Source: Podarcis pityusensis (lineage: Eukaryota). From it: 64,000 nucleotides of DNA. The translations under genes were made by a program, and so were the position numbers. The stretch lies in the NCBI GenBank assembly GCA_964106645.2, contig OZ067044.1; one strand, 5' to 3'. This document shows, one piece after another, positions 11,766 through 24,994 of this stretch. The notes below the pieces were generated by a model. That model saw only the letters and a list, made by a program, of their open reading frames with translations. It had not been told where the DNA came from and made no database searches. Positions within the stretch are counted from its first letter, which is position 1; every line of letters starts with the position of its first letter.

Positions 11766-14605
11766 TGTCATGTAGGGGAAGTGTGTTTACTGTAGTAGCT
11801 TTTGGGCAAAGCCTGCTAGACAATACATTAAATGCATTCAACATGTCTGCCCAGAGGTTTCCACAGCTCACTCTTTCTTCACTCTGATTACTTGCTCTGC
11901 CGTTTCACTTCCCTGCGCTTCATTGCTTAATACGAGGTTGCTGCTGCAATTCTATTCATCTAAGCATGTGCACCTCTAAAGTCAGGACAGTGGCTTGTGG
12001 CTAAAGTGCTATTGTAAAGGACGTGCAGTTAATTTTTAAATGCCACCTTTTCACTTCCTGTCTTTCTGTTGTCCTTTGACTGCTCTGCTTCTTCTTTGTC
12101 TTCTTCACTGTTTTCACTTCTGCAGTGTAGTCAAAGCCAGTTGAGCAACAATGGGAAATAGGAGCAGAAGCCGGCATTTATAACAGTAAGTGGATGCAAA
12201 AGCAAGGAAGGTGTGTTGCAAAAATATGGGTTAAAAAAATATATATGAAAAAAATGGGGGGGGGGAGAGAAATAAAGATTCTGGAACTCATCTTCTCTGA
12301 TTAGGCTTGGCTGATTAACCATTCCAAGCAATGTCCTCTGAGTGGTTCAGTGATTGTTGGTTTCTGATGAGGTGTCAGAGAAAGGTGTTAATTATGAGGG
12401 TTGTTTAGCGATGTGGACACTTTCCCTCTAGGATCAAAGGAGAAGCTTCTGGTTCATTTCCTTATCATAGAGGCCGCCAAGCTGTCATCAGATGGTCATT
12501 TCAACTGGTGTCCCTCAAGGTGAAAGCAATGACTGGTATAATTAAATTTTCAAGGAAGCCAAATAAAAAAAGGCAATTTTTAAAGAGGATTTTATTAAAA
12601 TCTCATCCTTCATGCCAACAGAATTTCCACACACCCCATACTTAGTTATTGTCTATGGAACTGTGGTAATTTTATTTCCAGATTGAGCCTAACTTGGCAT
12701 TGGGTTGTATTTTTTTTTCGTTAAAAAAGAAGGAAATTCCTCTACGTCCGAAATAAGAGACCCTCAGTTCTTCATGAAGCTAGATCCATTTGAGGCTGGT
12801 CCATCAGGACAAATGGGGCACTGCCCCACCAATGTCAGCCAGCCCCCAATGCCTGCCTATCTGCTTACAATCAGTCCAGAGAGTGTCACTGCCTGTCAAA
12901 TTCCTCCTACTTAGTCTCAGTGTTGTCCTAGCAATTTAGCAGGAAGGAGGATGGGATGAAAACAGAATTAGATGTCTGTCTATCATTGCCTCTGGTTCAA
13001 CCTACTGTTGGCATCTCTTCCTTCCGCCTTACAGGTCCCAGTGGGCACCTATGGCTTTTCCATGATCTCAGGACCAGATTCCAATTTGTAAAGGATTTAG
13101 GAAATTAATACTTTGGGGGTGGTGAACAGGGTACCGTAATCTCCCACCACCACATTGTAGCATATAGTTACATAGTACATAATCTCAACCTCATTATTTA
13201 CCTTATTTCTCTCCCCCCCCCCTTTACTTCCCCTCTGGAATAGTATATATTTGAGTGATGCCTTGAAAGCTCTTTGCTCCTCTTACAGAGCTTTTAGTGT
13301 CATTAAAGCATGATCCCACAGATTCTGTGATCTCATTAAAAGTGCTTTAGAATTAATTGACCAGCTTTAAAGTGTACTGAAGTGTAGACTATGTTGTCAT
13401 TGCAGCAGCTGCAGGTGGAGCCAGCAGCTTATTTATGATGCCATGGGGATGAGAAATCTGTCTGATTGTTCCTAAACTGTCTACTTCTTGTTGTCCATCA
13501 GTAGCATGGGTGTCTTTAACAGACCGCAAAGTCCCCCCCTGTCCCCCCTGAACCTCTCTCTTTGGATGGATCACCTAAAGCATGTATATGATACCAGCAA
13601 AGGGAGGCCAGTGTGCCTCTGCAGAAATTTAAATCTGTTGTTTCAAAACAACAGTTCTGCGTGCTGGAGACAGAAAGAATGGGAGATGGAGGTGTGCTGA
13701 GGTGAAGAGCAAATCAAAAGAGCTGACCTAACTGTGGTACCTGCTAGAATGAACTTCAAGAGCGTAGCTGGGAGGCTGAATGTTAGCATGTCAGGGAGAA
13801 GTCTTTGTGGGCTGACACCAGGAAGAGTGGTACCATATGATATCTTTATTTCAATAGGTTCTTAAAAACAGTCAAGAAAGGGTGCAGGAAAGAGAATATG
13901 GAATAGGTGGCCATCTGTAATGTTGATATTCCTGAACAGTTCATTGTGTAACTTTTCAGGCACAAGTACTATCTGGGACCTGAACCCATTCAAAGCACTC
14001 ATATAATATATGCAGAACTGAGCCAGGCCCTGATTTCATACAGGCTACATGTACTGTCCAACTGAATCCATTGCCATTCTACACCTGTCCTCTCTTTACA
14101 GACCTGGCCTAAGTGGTTTTTTTTTTTTTAAGATACTAGGGCCCCCAACAAAATCAAAATGAACATTTAGTTTTTAATATCAGCCCCATCAAACTTATCA
14201 TGACATATTCAACCTTTTAAACAAAATGAATGATTTCTTTAAAAGGTTGGATGTCTCATTTGAGCATCTAAACCAGCAATTGGAGTAGGGGGTGGGCAGA
14301 ATCAGAGATCACAGAGGCAAAGAAATGAAGAGAGAAATGAGGAACAACAGCTGAGTGTTAAAATAGTGAGGAGAAAATCAGTCATTGGAAAACATGCTAT
14401 AAATAAGGCATTACACTATAGCCTTGTGAACGCTGAAAGGATGGAAGCATTTTGGAATGCTGAAATATTTTTCAGATGTTTTCTGTCTTTGTCATTTACC
14501 TGGGTTCCATTTGTTTGTTTGTTTGTTTATCCATCCATCCAACTCTCCAAAATCTTGAATGCCCCCAATACTCAACTTAATCCAGATAACCTTCCTATTC
14601 ATTCA

Positions 14606-14933
14606 TAAACTACAGAGCCTAGTACTTGCCGATCGGAAGGTCGGTGGTTCGAATCCCCGCGATGGGGTGAGCTCCCGTTGCTCAGTCCCTGCTCCTGCCA
14701 ACCTAGCAGTTCGAAAGCACATCAAAGTGCAAGTAGATAAATAGGTACCGCTCCGGCGGGAAGGTAAATGGCGTTTCCGTGTGCTGCTCTGGTTTGCCAG
14801 AAGCAGCTTAGTCATGCTGGCCACATGACCCGGAAGCTGTACGCCGGCTCCCTCCGCCAATAAAGCGAGATGAGCGCCGCAACCCCAGAGTCGGTCATGA
14901 CTGGATCTAATGGTCAGGGGTCCCTTTACCTTT
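14606..14933 (+). mobile_element. Sauria SINE (5'-truncated)
   Basis: Same diagnostic blocks as 4082-4416, with ACCTTT tail. Confidence 0.92.
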
Positions 14934-16186
14934 TTAAGGTGCTACTGGAAGGAATTTTTTAATTTTTTATTTTATTTTGTTTTGTTTTCTCTGTAAAATA
15001 ATTCATTTCTATGTAACTTGAAAAAGAGAGAGAAGGTGGAAGAGCAGAACTACCCACCATTCCTGTCAATTTTTATTTATTCAGAACTTGGTTCTCAGAG
15101 TAGGGTCTGAAGGCACATGAGGCCACCATCTTATCCTGGGAGGAGGTAGAGAAGCAGGTATAAAGGAATCAGCAGTTAAGGCTGGAGCCATCTTCAGGTG
15201 CTGAAAACGAGACACCCATGCTATGCATATCCCCTCCATCTCCAACCTTCCCATGTTGAGTGGAAAAGTCTGAAGAGGGCTCCTAGAGTTATTTGGCTGG
15301 ATGTACTTAGAAACCACCTTACAACCAAGAAACCAATCACGAACACTCCCTCATCATTCTTCTGAACTGGAGCCCTGACATGTTCTTTGTAAACTCTCTT
15401 GAAGAGGGCAAGTATCTACCCCTCAAGTCTATGGCTAAGAACAGTTTAAGGTATGGAATATGTGTGTGTCATCTGGTGGGGGGATGGAAAATGAAGGGCA
15501 GCGGAAGACAGGTTATAATAAATGTGGAGGGAGGAATTAGGGTGGTCTACTTTGTCTGCAAACCCTCTTTAGGCACAGCTAAATGTATTCCTTTATTTCA
15601 TTCCCAAGCCTGAAGCTCCCTGCTACTGTCAAAGGGACTGAACAGAAGTCCAAGGTTCCTGATCTAGGCTGAATGGAGTGCTGGAAAGTAGCACCCTTCC
15701 TACAGTGTAGAGAAAGCACAGAAATGTTTGTGGCTGGTCCCACTTGTTCTGTATAATGTAAAAAGTCAATGATGTTTGTCACGGCATCTGTAAGGCACAC
15801 AACAAGCTGCCTTTACTCAATAAAATCAGCAGTCCATCTACTCTGATTATGTATTGAAAGCATTTATATTGTGTGTTTTCGGCATAGATCCCTCAACAGT
15901 AAAAACAATGCATAAAATGTACAAACTGCTTGATAAGAAGGAAAGATAAACCGGCAATAAAACCATTTTCACACAATACTTTGCAGCAGCACAGGAAAGC
16001 CAGGAGCTTGCTGAACTTCAGAGATGCTCCTCAGCGAAATAAAACTAGCATAATATGGCACTGAAAAGCCAACAAAGAGGGGGCAGAGTGGATTTTCCCA
16101 GCAAGTAATTCCAAAGCCTTGGGGCCAAGGCTAAAAATGTCTTGTAAAAAATAGACACCCCCACTGCTGTGTCTCAGGTGTTTGTT

Positions 16187-16320
16187 GTGCTTCTCAAACT
16201 TGGGTCCTCAGCTGTTGTTGGACAATACCTCCCATCATCCCTAGCTAGCAGGACCGGTGGTCAGGGATGATGGGAGTTGTAGTCCAACAACAGCTGGGGA
16301 TCCAAGTTTGAGAAACACTG
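16187..16320. mobile_element. Short palindromic hAT-like MITE
   Basis: TTCTCAAACTTGG...CAGCTGTTGTTGGAC...CTCCCATCATCCCT mirrored by AGGGATGATGGGAG...GTCCAACAACAGCTG...CCAAGTTTGAGAA. Confidence 0.8.
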
Positions 16321-18859
16321 GTATCCAAGGCAGAGCCTTTGATGGGGAGTGTTAACTATAGATAGGTGGATCTGCAGATATCCTAGATGGTTCAGTGCTT
16401 TCAAGTTTAATGTCACTATGCCACCACCTTGAATTGAGCCTAGAAACCATATAGTGAGCTAGTGCAACTGTCTGCAAATGGATGTTCCTGTTACCTATCT
16501 GGTCAAATAATCTGGCAGCTGAATTGTGAACCAGTTGTAATTTCTGAATACTTTTCCAAGATAGCTCACACTGTCATCTGGAAGCAGACAGAGGTCTTTG
16601 CTAGCCAGGCTACTACTCAGATCCTATTAACCAGAGATGCTGGTCAGTAAATGTGGGGCGTGCACATGCAGATCATGTGGTCTATGGTAAGATAAGTGGC
16701 TCCTCCCAAGTGGCAAATGAAATTAACATTTACATATAAAATGTCATGCCATCTGAAATAGAAAGACTATTATTTTTCCGTTTGTGTGTATAAATGGGTA
16801 CTCACCGAGCTTCTGTTGCATCTCATAGTGCTCTGTCTTCATTCTGTGATTAATATGCATCACTGATGTGTGCTAATCCAATACGCTGTGCTGTCTAATT
16901 ACTCTATTATGCACAGGAAAGATAAAATATTTATTTTGTTATGTAATGACATTAAAAATACAGCTCTCACTGTTTGTCTGTGGCGCTATGAGATATTCTT
17001 TAAAGCAAGCAGATTGCAATGTGTATGTGCAGGATTATGAGGGGGGAAACAAATTCCACAGCATGTGGTGTTAAAATAATAAAAAAGGCCTTTGCGCATC
17101 TCCATTTTACTTCCTTTCATTCTTAAGGTGAGGACAAACTAAGAACCCTTGGGAGTAAACCCCATGGAATTCAGAAGAATTTGCATAGGTACATGGTTGC
17201 TTGCGAGTCAGCCTTAACTAAAATTAATGTGACTTCCTTCCAAGATAGTGGAAGGACTGATAAGGAGCACTATGGAAATCCTTCACGGCACTGTAAATAG
17301 TCTGTGTCTGCACTGATTATATATTTCCAGGGAATTATCATTTTGGTTCATGGATCTATATGCATGTTCAAAAAAGCATGATAGTGTGGAGATTGAATTT
17401 GGCACAAGTCTTGAGAATTTGCACTCAGCTAGGGTGCAAAAGGGAAGGTGTACAATATCCTTTTCAGACAGGAACATAGGAAGCTGCCTTACACCAAGTC
17501 GGACCATTTGTCCTTTTAGCGCTATACTGTCCGCACTGATTGGCGGTGGTTTGCCAGGATTTCAGGTGGGTGGCATTTCTGGTCCTACCAGGAGATGTCA
17601 GGACTTGAACCTGAGACGTTTTGCATGCAAAACAGATACCGTACTCTGTTACTGAAACTTCCTGAAAAACAATTCTGTTCATTTGTAGTGCTGCAGTTTT
17701 TCATGCAGTTTGCATTTACAAAATCTCTCTGTGTTTAAACTCTGATGTGTTTCTGATCAACTGTGGAAACACTTCCTAAACTGAAATTTAAAGCGGCAAA
17801 GGCCCACCTTCTAAAAATCAGCATAAACCATCAATATGTCTTTACTGCATATTGAAATTTGAAAACTAGAGCCAGTGTAGCATTTGCCTTGCTACCAGCT
17901 TGTTGAATATAGAAACAGTTAGAAAGGGTGAAATTAAATCTGCTTCTGGGTTCAGCTGGAATCAATCAACAGAGCTCTGTGTGAGTTAGCACCCATTTGC
18001 CTTGGCTTAGAGCTTATTAGCCATCTTATTGTGCTTGTGGAAAGTAGGAGTCAATGCAGCCTGTGGAGGATAAGTTTAATGGGTCAGCTATAGCTGACGC
18101 TCAACAATAACAAAACATCCACATTCTGCACCTCGTGAAGTTTCCAGGGGGTTCTAAGAGTGCACCCACGTTACAGTGGTCCATTGGGAGGTTATAAAGT
18201 AATACTGTAGACAACTCCAGTGAGATCTGTACTTTATTAATCTAAGAGAGAAAATGTGCTTTATAATTTGAATAAAATATCAATTTTTCAGAATTCCTGT
18301 GTGGATGTGTGTGTGTGCATTTATGTGTATGTATACAAGCCCACAGACATTTTACCAGATGTGTACTAACAATTCATACAATGGTCTGATATACATTCAG
18401 TTTTTCTCTGAGCTTTCAAAGTGTCATTGCATTTTCTACCAAGGCTGTTTAGTTTTGCTGATTTCAGATGGGTCCAAGGACAGAAATGCATGTAGCTGTG
18501 GAAGATCCATAATCAGGTGTCCCACAGTTTTTGTGAGTTGCATTAGCAGGAGGGAGAAAATATCAGGACTGTGGCATTGGGGAAGAGGTATAATACCCTT
18601 CCCCACTTCCTCTGCAAAACAGACTCACAACTACTATTTGACCTTTGCAGAAAAAAACACTAGTACCTATATGTTTTGTGCTGTTTATTTATTTATTTCA
18701 TAAAATGTATACACCACTTGATTGTAAAAGAAAAACCTCAAAGCAGTTTACAAATTGGGCAAATATTTTCAGAAGGAGATGACACAAGGACATATTTAAA
18801 CCCACTCCCCTACCACTTCATTTCAACGGAACCCCCAATGTAAGGCAACCATTACTTTT

Positions 18860-18886
18860 AAAACAAAACAAAACAAAACAAAACAA
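18860..18886 (+). repeat. (AAAAC)n microsatellite
   Basis: Direct reading. Confidence 0.9.
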
Positions 18887-19445
18887 TGGAAAATCATATC
18901 ACAGATTTCCCATCATGTACTTAGCCCATGGTAGACAGGATAACAGCTTCAGATTGTATACATTGAGGGGAGTGACCATTATTTGTGTTTAAAATCTGTA
19001 TGACTACATGACCCTTTTCAGCATGCCCCCCAAAGTAGCATCTAATTACTAAAACACAATAAGGCCACATCATGGATCTGTGCTGTGCTATTGCAGATTG
19101 TGTATATAACAGTATTTTCCTTGTGCCAGCTGCTTTACAGTCTCTGTCTTGTAGTCATTAAACATAAAATCCTGGGAGACCATTCACTGTTCTCCCATAG
19201 GAGAAGCACTGTTTGTTCTTTGGGTTTTTAAGTGTCCCCAATGCCAACCAGTAGTTTAATATTGCCCATTGGGATTGTTATTTTTGGATGGGGATTTTGT
19301 GTTTTTTTAGACTTTTGCTCCAAGTGGGAGTCTTGCCTTAGGTGTTTCTTTCACAGTGTTTAATTAATGTATATTAAACATTAGTACTTGTAGCACTGTA
19401 TGTGTAGTTTTAATTGTTAAATTGCCTACAGTTGTGTTGGGTAAC

Positions 19446-19483
<38 letters not shown>
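19446..19483 (+). repeat. (TTA)n microsatellite
   Basis: Direct reading. Confidence 0.95.
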
Positions 19484-20828
19484 TCACAGACAAGAAACTA
19501 TATAAAAATGTATGTGGGTGTGTTTCTGCTTGAATGCCTGTTCTTTGGGTCCAATATCACAATGTGAAGTCTGTGAGGCCCACAATAATCCTAATATTAC
19601 CTTCCTCTGCCATTCAATACAGGTGTGGTGATGGTGGTGGATGGGCTTGATTACCAATCAGGATGCCAGTGGCACAAAGCAATTTGATAGGCTGAAAGCA
19701 AAGTATTTGCTCAAAGCTACCCTGCAAGTCCAAGACTAGGAAGAACTCAGTTACTCAAACCAGCCCCTACACTGCTTTGTGGACCACGTTGGCTCTTAAC
19801 ATCATGAATTCCTCTAAACCTTGCTTTGTTTTCACTCTTACTTTTGTAACGAGCTGGTTTATGTCATGTCATATTTTTTAAAAAATTGAGGGTGGCTCCT
19901 GTGGTGAGATTATTAGCAGAACTGCCTTTGCCGGGCACCTACTTTAGCTATGCCTAGCCGCACCAAGGCATTCAACGTCCGAGCAAAGCTTGGAAGGTAT
20001 TTGAAATGGCAGGCTGTAGTTTCACTTTGCTCCACAACTGTGCAGCAAAACGGACCTTGTGCAGCAGGGATAAGTCAGAAGTGGTGCAGGGTCTAATGTA
20101 TTCCAAAGCTCTGGTTAACTGCAGACACCCGTTCACACTTGTCTGGAGAGTGGAGACAAAAGTGGAAAGGGGCAGGGTAGCACTAGAGTAGTTTCCATCA
20201 AATCTCCCAAAACAGCACTTAAAAAAAAAATTCTTAGTAATTTTCTGCCGTTTAAATAATCTACACAGACATCTTGGTAGCTTAATCAATGACTAGCATA
20301 CTGTATTCTGATAAAAGTCAAAATGTGTAGAGGGAAAGAGAGTGAGCTTTGATTTATAAACATCATTTGCCGATGCTCTTCTTTGGTCCTGTGTTACCTT
20401 TTGATGGACAGTTTTAAGACAAAATATTGCTCCACCCTCATTGCTATTTTTCCCCCTTAAGTGAATCTCTCATTTAAATCAGACGGCTTCTCCCAGCAAG
20501 ATAGAAGGGGTGTTATCCACTGAAACAAATTAGGAGAAACAGATGCTTGAATGAAAACAATAGAAATGATAAAGTGGCTGAAAAATTGGTTATTTAATTC
20601 AGACTTTGTACTACAGACCCATATTAAATGACCTCGTATTAAGGCAAGCAGGTTGCTAATTAAAGCTAACGCCGGAGAGGTAGGTGACTTCCCCCCTTCT
20701 CTCCCCCCACCCCAACATGGATCCATGTTAGAACTTGGATATTTTCCCTCCCTCCCTTCAATCTATCTAGCCGGAGACTTCACCTCAGTTGACAGCTACG
20801 GCAAGCCTAAACTGACAGCTTTTCAAAA

Positions 20829-21024
20829 NNNNNNNNNNNNNNNNNNNNNNNNNNNNNNNNNNNNNNNNNNNNNNNNNNNNNNNNNNNNNNNNNNNNNNNN
20901 NNNNNNNNNNNNNNNNNNNNNNNNNNNNNNNNNNNNNNNNNNNNNNNNNNNNNNNNNNNNNNNNNNNNNNNNNNNNNNNNNNNNNNNNNNNNNNNNNNNN
21001 NNNNNNNNNNNNNNNNNNNNNNNN
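20829..21024. other. Assembly gap (196 N)
   Basis: Run of n. Confidence 1.
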
Positions 21025-24000
21025 GACTCATTCTGTGGATTCCCCCCCCCCCCCACTCCATGAAAGTAGGCGCAATGGGTTTGCCTCCCCCCCCCTTTTA
21101 AAATCAACATTCTCCACATGACCTCTTCCTCCCCCCCCCCTTTACAGATAGCGAAGAAGAAGAAAAAAATATTCACCCTCTACTTTGAAATCAAACATTT
21201 AAAGATTTCATTCAAGACATTAGTCAGGGTTCATAGACAGAAAGAGAGAAGAAAGGGGAGGGGGATTTGAGGGGCTTATTTATACAGATCTCACACATGC
21301 TTAAATAGATCATAGCAGCGTTCATGTCTAATATTGCCCCAGGGTGCTCCCGGACACATTTATTCCAAAAGGTTTCTGATGAAAGCAGCCATTTAGGAGC
21401 CAAGGGGCAGCTCTGGCCTTCCCCTCAGGGGCTATGAGAGTTTTCTGTTCTACAAGGAGAGCAGCTGAGGGGGAGAGGGTTGTCTCTTGCACACAGCGCA
21501 AGGCCTTTCTCTCCAGAGATGGGGAGGGGGCTTGAGATAAGCTGTGCCTGCCTTTTCTCATCTGTCCTGAAAGGGAGAATTCTGAAGAGGTCTCTCTGTA
21601 GGGAGAAACTGCAGAGTTGGCAAAGAAGGGGGGCTGTGCCATCCTGGATGCCTTATTAAGAGGCAGGGGATTAAGCATTTCTCTCTACATGAAACATGTG
21701 TTTTCTCTCCTGCCAGTATATAAGGCTATCAGTATTTTACCTCCCATTCTGCCACACATTTTACTACACACCCACACCCATATGCCATGCATGGCAAGTT
21801 CCTGATTGTTTCCCATGGGGTAGATTGATCAAATCATTCACCCAGTTTGGCCAATTGTGAGGGTTCATAATGAAATCTGAAACTCGGGCGTGAAGATGAA
21901 ATGACGTATCCATCAACTGCCCTGATAAAATTGGAGCATCCCGATTTGGGGAGCTGTTCTCTCAGCACGGCACCCAAAAATGTAATATCACGGAGGCTCA
22001 GAGGCATTTGGGGGCAAAGCACGTGGGATCACGAACACATGCTATCGTGTGAGGTCACGACCCCACACATTTTGCCCCTGAATGCACATTTTGAGGTTTC
22101 ATGATTTCACTTGGGTCACAGGACTCTCCGGGAACGCAGCCATGTTCTGGATTCTAATGTAAAATGTTGGAGGATACTAAATGACTTCTGTCAGACTACA
22201 GAGAGTAATTGGTGTCAGAAATAAAAAAATGAAATGAAACAAGCCTTTTCATTCCAATGCATTCATTAAAGAATGCTGCCTGTCATAGGCATTTGGTTTG
22301 CTGAGGCCTGAACTAGGCTCTAGATGCACTCAGTAGCTGTGCCCTTAAGTGTACCCTTTTTCAAACTCAGATTGCCAGAAAGGCGAGGTGAGGGAGAAGA
22401 GAGAGAGAGAGAGAGAATAATCAGGATCAGTACACAAGCATGTGGGTAGGGGGTTTTGCCCTTTGCCTCCACTATGGTCCCAGTTCAGACTGGGGGCTTT
22501 GTACTATAGTCCCAATCGCCTCAGTAGGAGCTCCCCCTGCCCCCACATGCAGATTGCTGACATGAGCCCTGAATCTGAATAGGCACCACAGCAGGGGGCA
22601 AAGGTTTAAAGCCCCCCACCTCCATGCTAGGGTTTGATTCAGATTGTGTCTCCCCCAAATAGCCTGCACTGAAAGAGAAGAGATGTGGAGCAAATGTGTT
22701 GTTTACACTGGCTCTCAAACTGAAATTAGGTTCTTCTTTAGGTCATATGTAGATTTATTTATTTATGAAGCTGCTAGTAAGGATAGCAATGAATGTGATG
22801 GTAGAGGACCTTGAGAATTCTTTCCAGAAGGTACTTTGCCATTCTGCATGTCTTGGTGCTTTCGGAAAGCAAATTAAGTCCTGATTAATCTGCAGACCTT
22901 TCTGTGTGTGTTCTGATTAATTTTAGTTGGTTTGCAGTGAAAAAGAGCAGGAATTTCAATTGCACTGATCCCTGTGCATACTCACATGACCAATGCGCCC
23001 CTGGACATTTGTTTTTTCCTGTGGAAACTTGTGTGTTTCCTGCTGTGCGTTGGGATACCCATTTGAGAATGTGGGACACAATAGAAGTAATGCATGGTTT
23101 GGCCCTGAATTTGCTGCTTGTTCCATTACTATATGTCTGTTAGGAGTCCAACTCGAGGAAGTCATGGTGAGGGAAGCAAGCCAGTTGTTGCAAAGCTTCA
23201 GAAAAAAAGTGGAATCACTTCAGCTCAGCATCAAAAATTGTCTTCATATCTCAGTTCATCTGACTCATGTATGTTGCAATGAAAAAGTGCAGCAGCAGAG
23301 CAGTTTCCAGCTATTACAAAACACACAGCTGAATACCTTTTTCACAACTTGAAGACTTGGGTGTATGAAAATGTAGTGCAATGAATTGGCCAGGGGGCTA
23401 TTTTCCCCTTTATCTAAAAGGCTTTTACCAATAGTGGGAATGTGTTCTGAAAGTCAACCAGTGAAATGAAATAAGACACTCTAATATTTGAGTTCACTTA
23501 GGTCACTTTCCTAAAGGTATGTTAAAAGCAAAATAATTAAGACAATGCATATTTTAAAGCTAAAAACTAGACTGAAGTATTCATCAGTTCTGCTCTGTTT
23601 GTAAGTGCTAATAAGTTTGCAAAGCTTATCTCATGTTAATTAACTCATGTTAATTATGTCATGTTAATAAATCTGCAGAAGAATCAAGTTCTTGCAAGCA
23701 GCTTTCTTTGTATTCTATTTGTACCATGAGCTCAGAGAGTCGTTGTGTTTTGCATTTTGAGCACATGAAAGATATAGAAGATGTATACAGATTAAAATAC
23801 TGCAGAGACTGCTGAAATAAAACTATCACCAGCCAAATAAACCTTTTTACATCCCCTCCACAAAGAGACATTCATGCTCAGCCTTTGTAGCCCTCCAGTG
23901 GCCCAAAGCTTGTGAGCAGCCACCAATAATATTCCTTTTGTGTGAGTTTGCCATTCATACCTGATACATAGAGGGCATTGCACACTAACGGGGATCTAAA

Positions 24001-24045
24001 CTGGTAGTAGGTGACCAGCAAAGGAATCACTGATAACACAGACAC

Positions 24046-24275
24046 AATGTGCAGATGCTGTCTTAAAGGTGAATTCCATGCTAGATATCATTAGGAACGC
24101 GACTGGAAATAAAACTACCCATATAATAATTTCTCTACACAAATCTATGATGCAACCACATTGGAATACTGTACATGTTTCTCTCCATCTCATCTCAAAA
24201 TGGATGTTGTGCAGCTAAAAAAGATGCAGAAAAAGGCGACCAAAATATGAGGGGACTGAAGCAACTCTTCTATGA
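24046..24275 (+). mobile_element. CR1 LINE ORF2 fragment
   Basis: Decayed CADAVLKVNSMLDIIR...LHKSMMQPH-LEYC...KKMQKKATK, typical of the CR1 C-terminal region. Confidence 0.8.
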
Positions 24276-24559
24276 GTTCTTGGAGTAAGAGAATGATAGT
24301 ATCACATCCTTGGACTGGAGTGGGCCGGGGGCACTGACCCCACAGGTTCATCTAGTAGCAGCCCCTTTGGGGGATGACTGTGCATGCCCTTCAGCTTCAG
24401 AGTCTGACCTGATGAAGAGGAATCCAACTCCTGGCTCGTTGACACGACCACGGTGGGAAACAGGGTGTCAGGCCAGATAGGCCTTCTTCTGTTCTTATGT
24501 TCATAGGAAGAAGACCCTTCTGTGTTGTGTCATTTGTTTCTCATGCATACAGAGCGTTA

Positions 24560-24700
24560 GGAAGATACTGTTGTGAGTTTGGTAAAGGGAGGTGCCTGGT
24601 ACCTAAAGATGTATAAGGTGCCAGCCAAACCTCCCTAGGGAGAGCATCCCACAAACGAGGAGCTACAGCAGTAAAGGCCCATCCTCATGTTGCCACCCTC
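24560..24700 (-). mobile_element. Probable L2 LINE 3' fragment
   Basis: GGTGCCAGCCAAACCTCCCTAGGGAGAGCATCCCACAA resembles the antisense of the L2 LWNALPRE...LAP motif. Confidence 0.5.
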
Positions 24701-24710
24701 AACAATCTAC

Positions 24711-24994
24711 GAACATTCAGCTTCACTGGGTGTTCATTAGTTCAATATTATGAGAGAGAGAGAGAGAGAACTTTTTGTATCCACTTTCTCCGTGTTATGC
24801 GTAATTTTATAAACTTCTGTCATGTCACCTCTTACTTGCCTTTTCTCTAAACTAAGATGCCCCAGACCCTGCAATCTTTCCTCATAGGGGAGTTGCTCCA
24901 CCTATTTTGGTTGTCTTTTTCTGAACCTTTTCCAATTCAAGAATCTCCCTTTAGAGACGAGTGACCAGAACTGTACACGGGATTCCAAATTTGG
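24711..24994 (-). mobile_element. CR1 LINE ORF2 fragment
   Basis: Minus strand encodes VQFWSL...LEKVQKKTTK...PYEERLQGLGHLSLEKRQVRGDMTEVYKI-like sequence. Confidence 0.8.

Noticed and set aside
20653-21176. ORFs spanning the N gap
   Set aside because: Artefacts of translating N.
22993-23352. Possible host exon after ...TCTGTTAG (GVQLEEVMVREASQLLQSFRKKVESLQ)
   Set aside because: Coiled-coil-like look but no recognisable protein, weak pyrimidine tract and no convincing partner exons.
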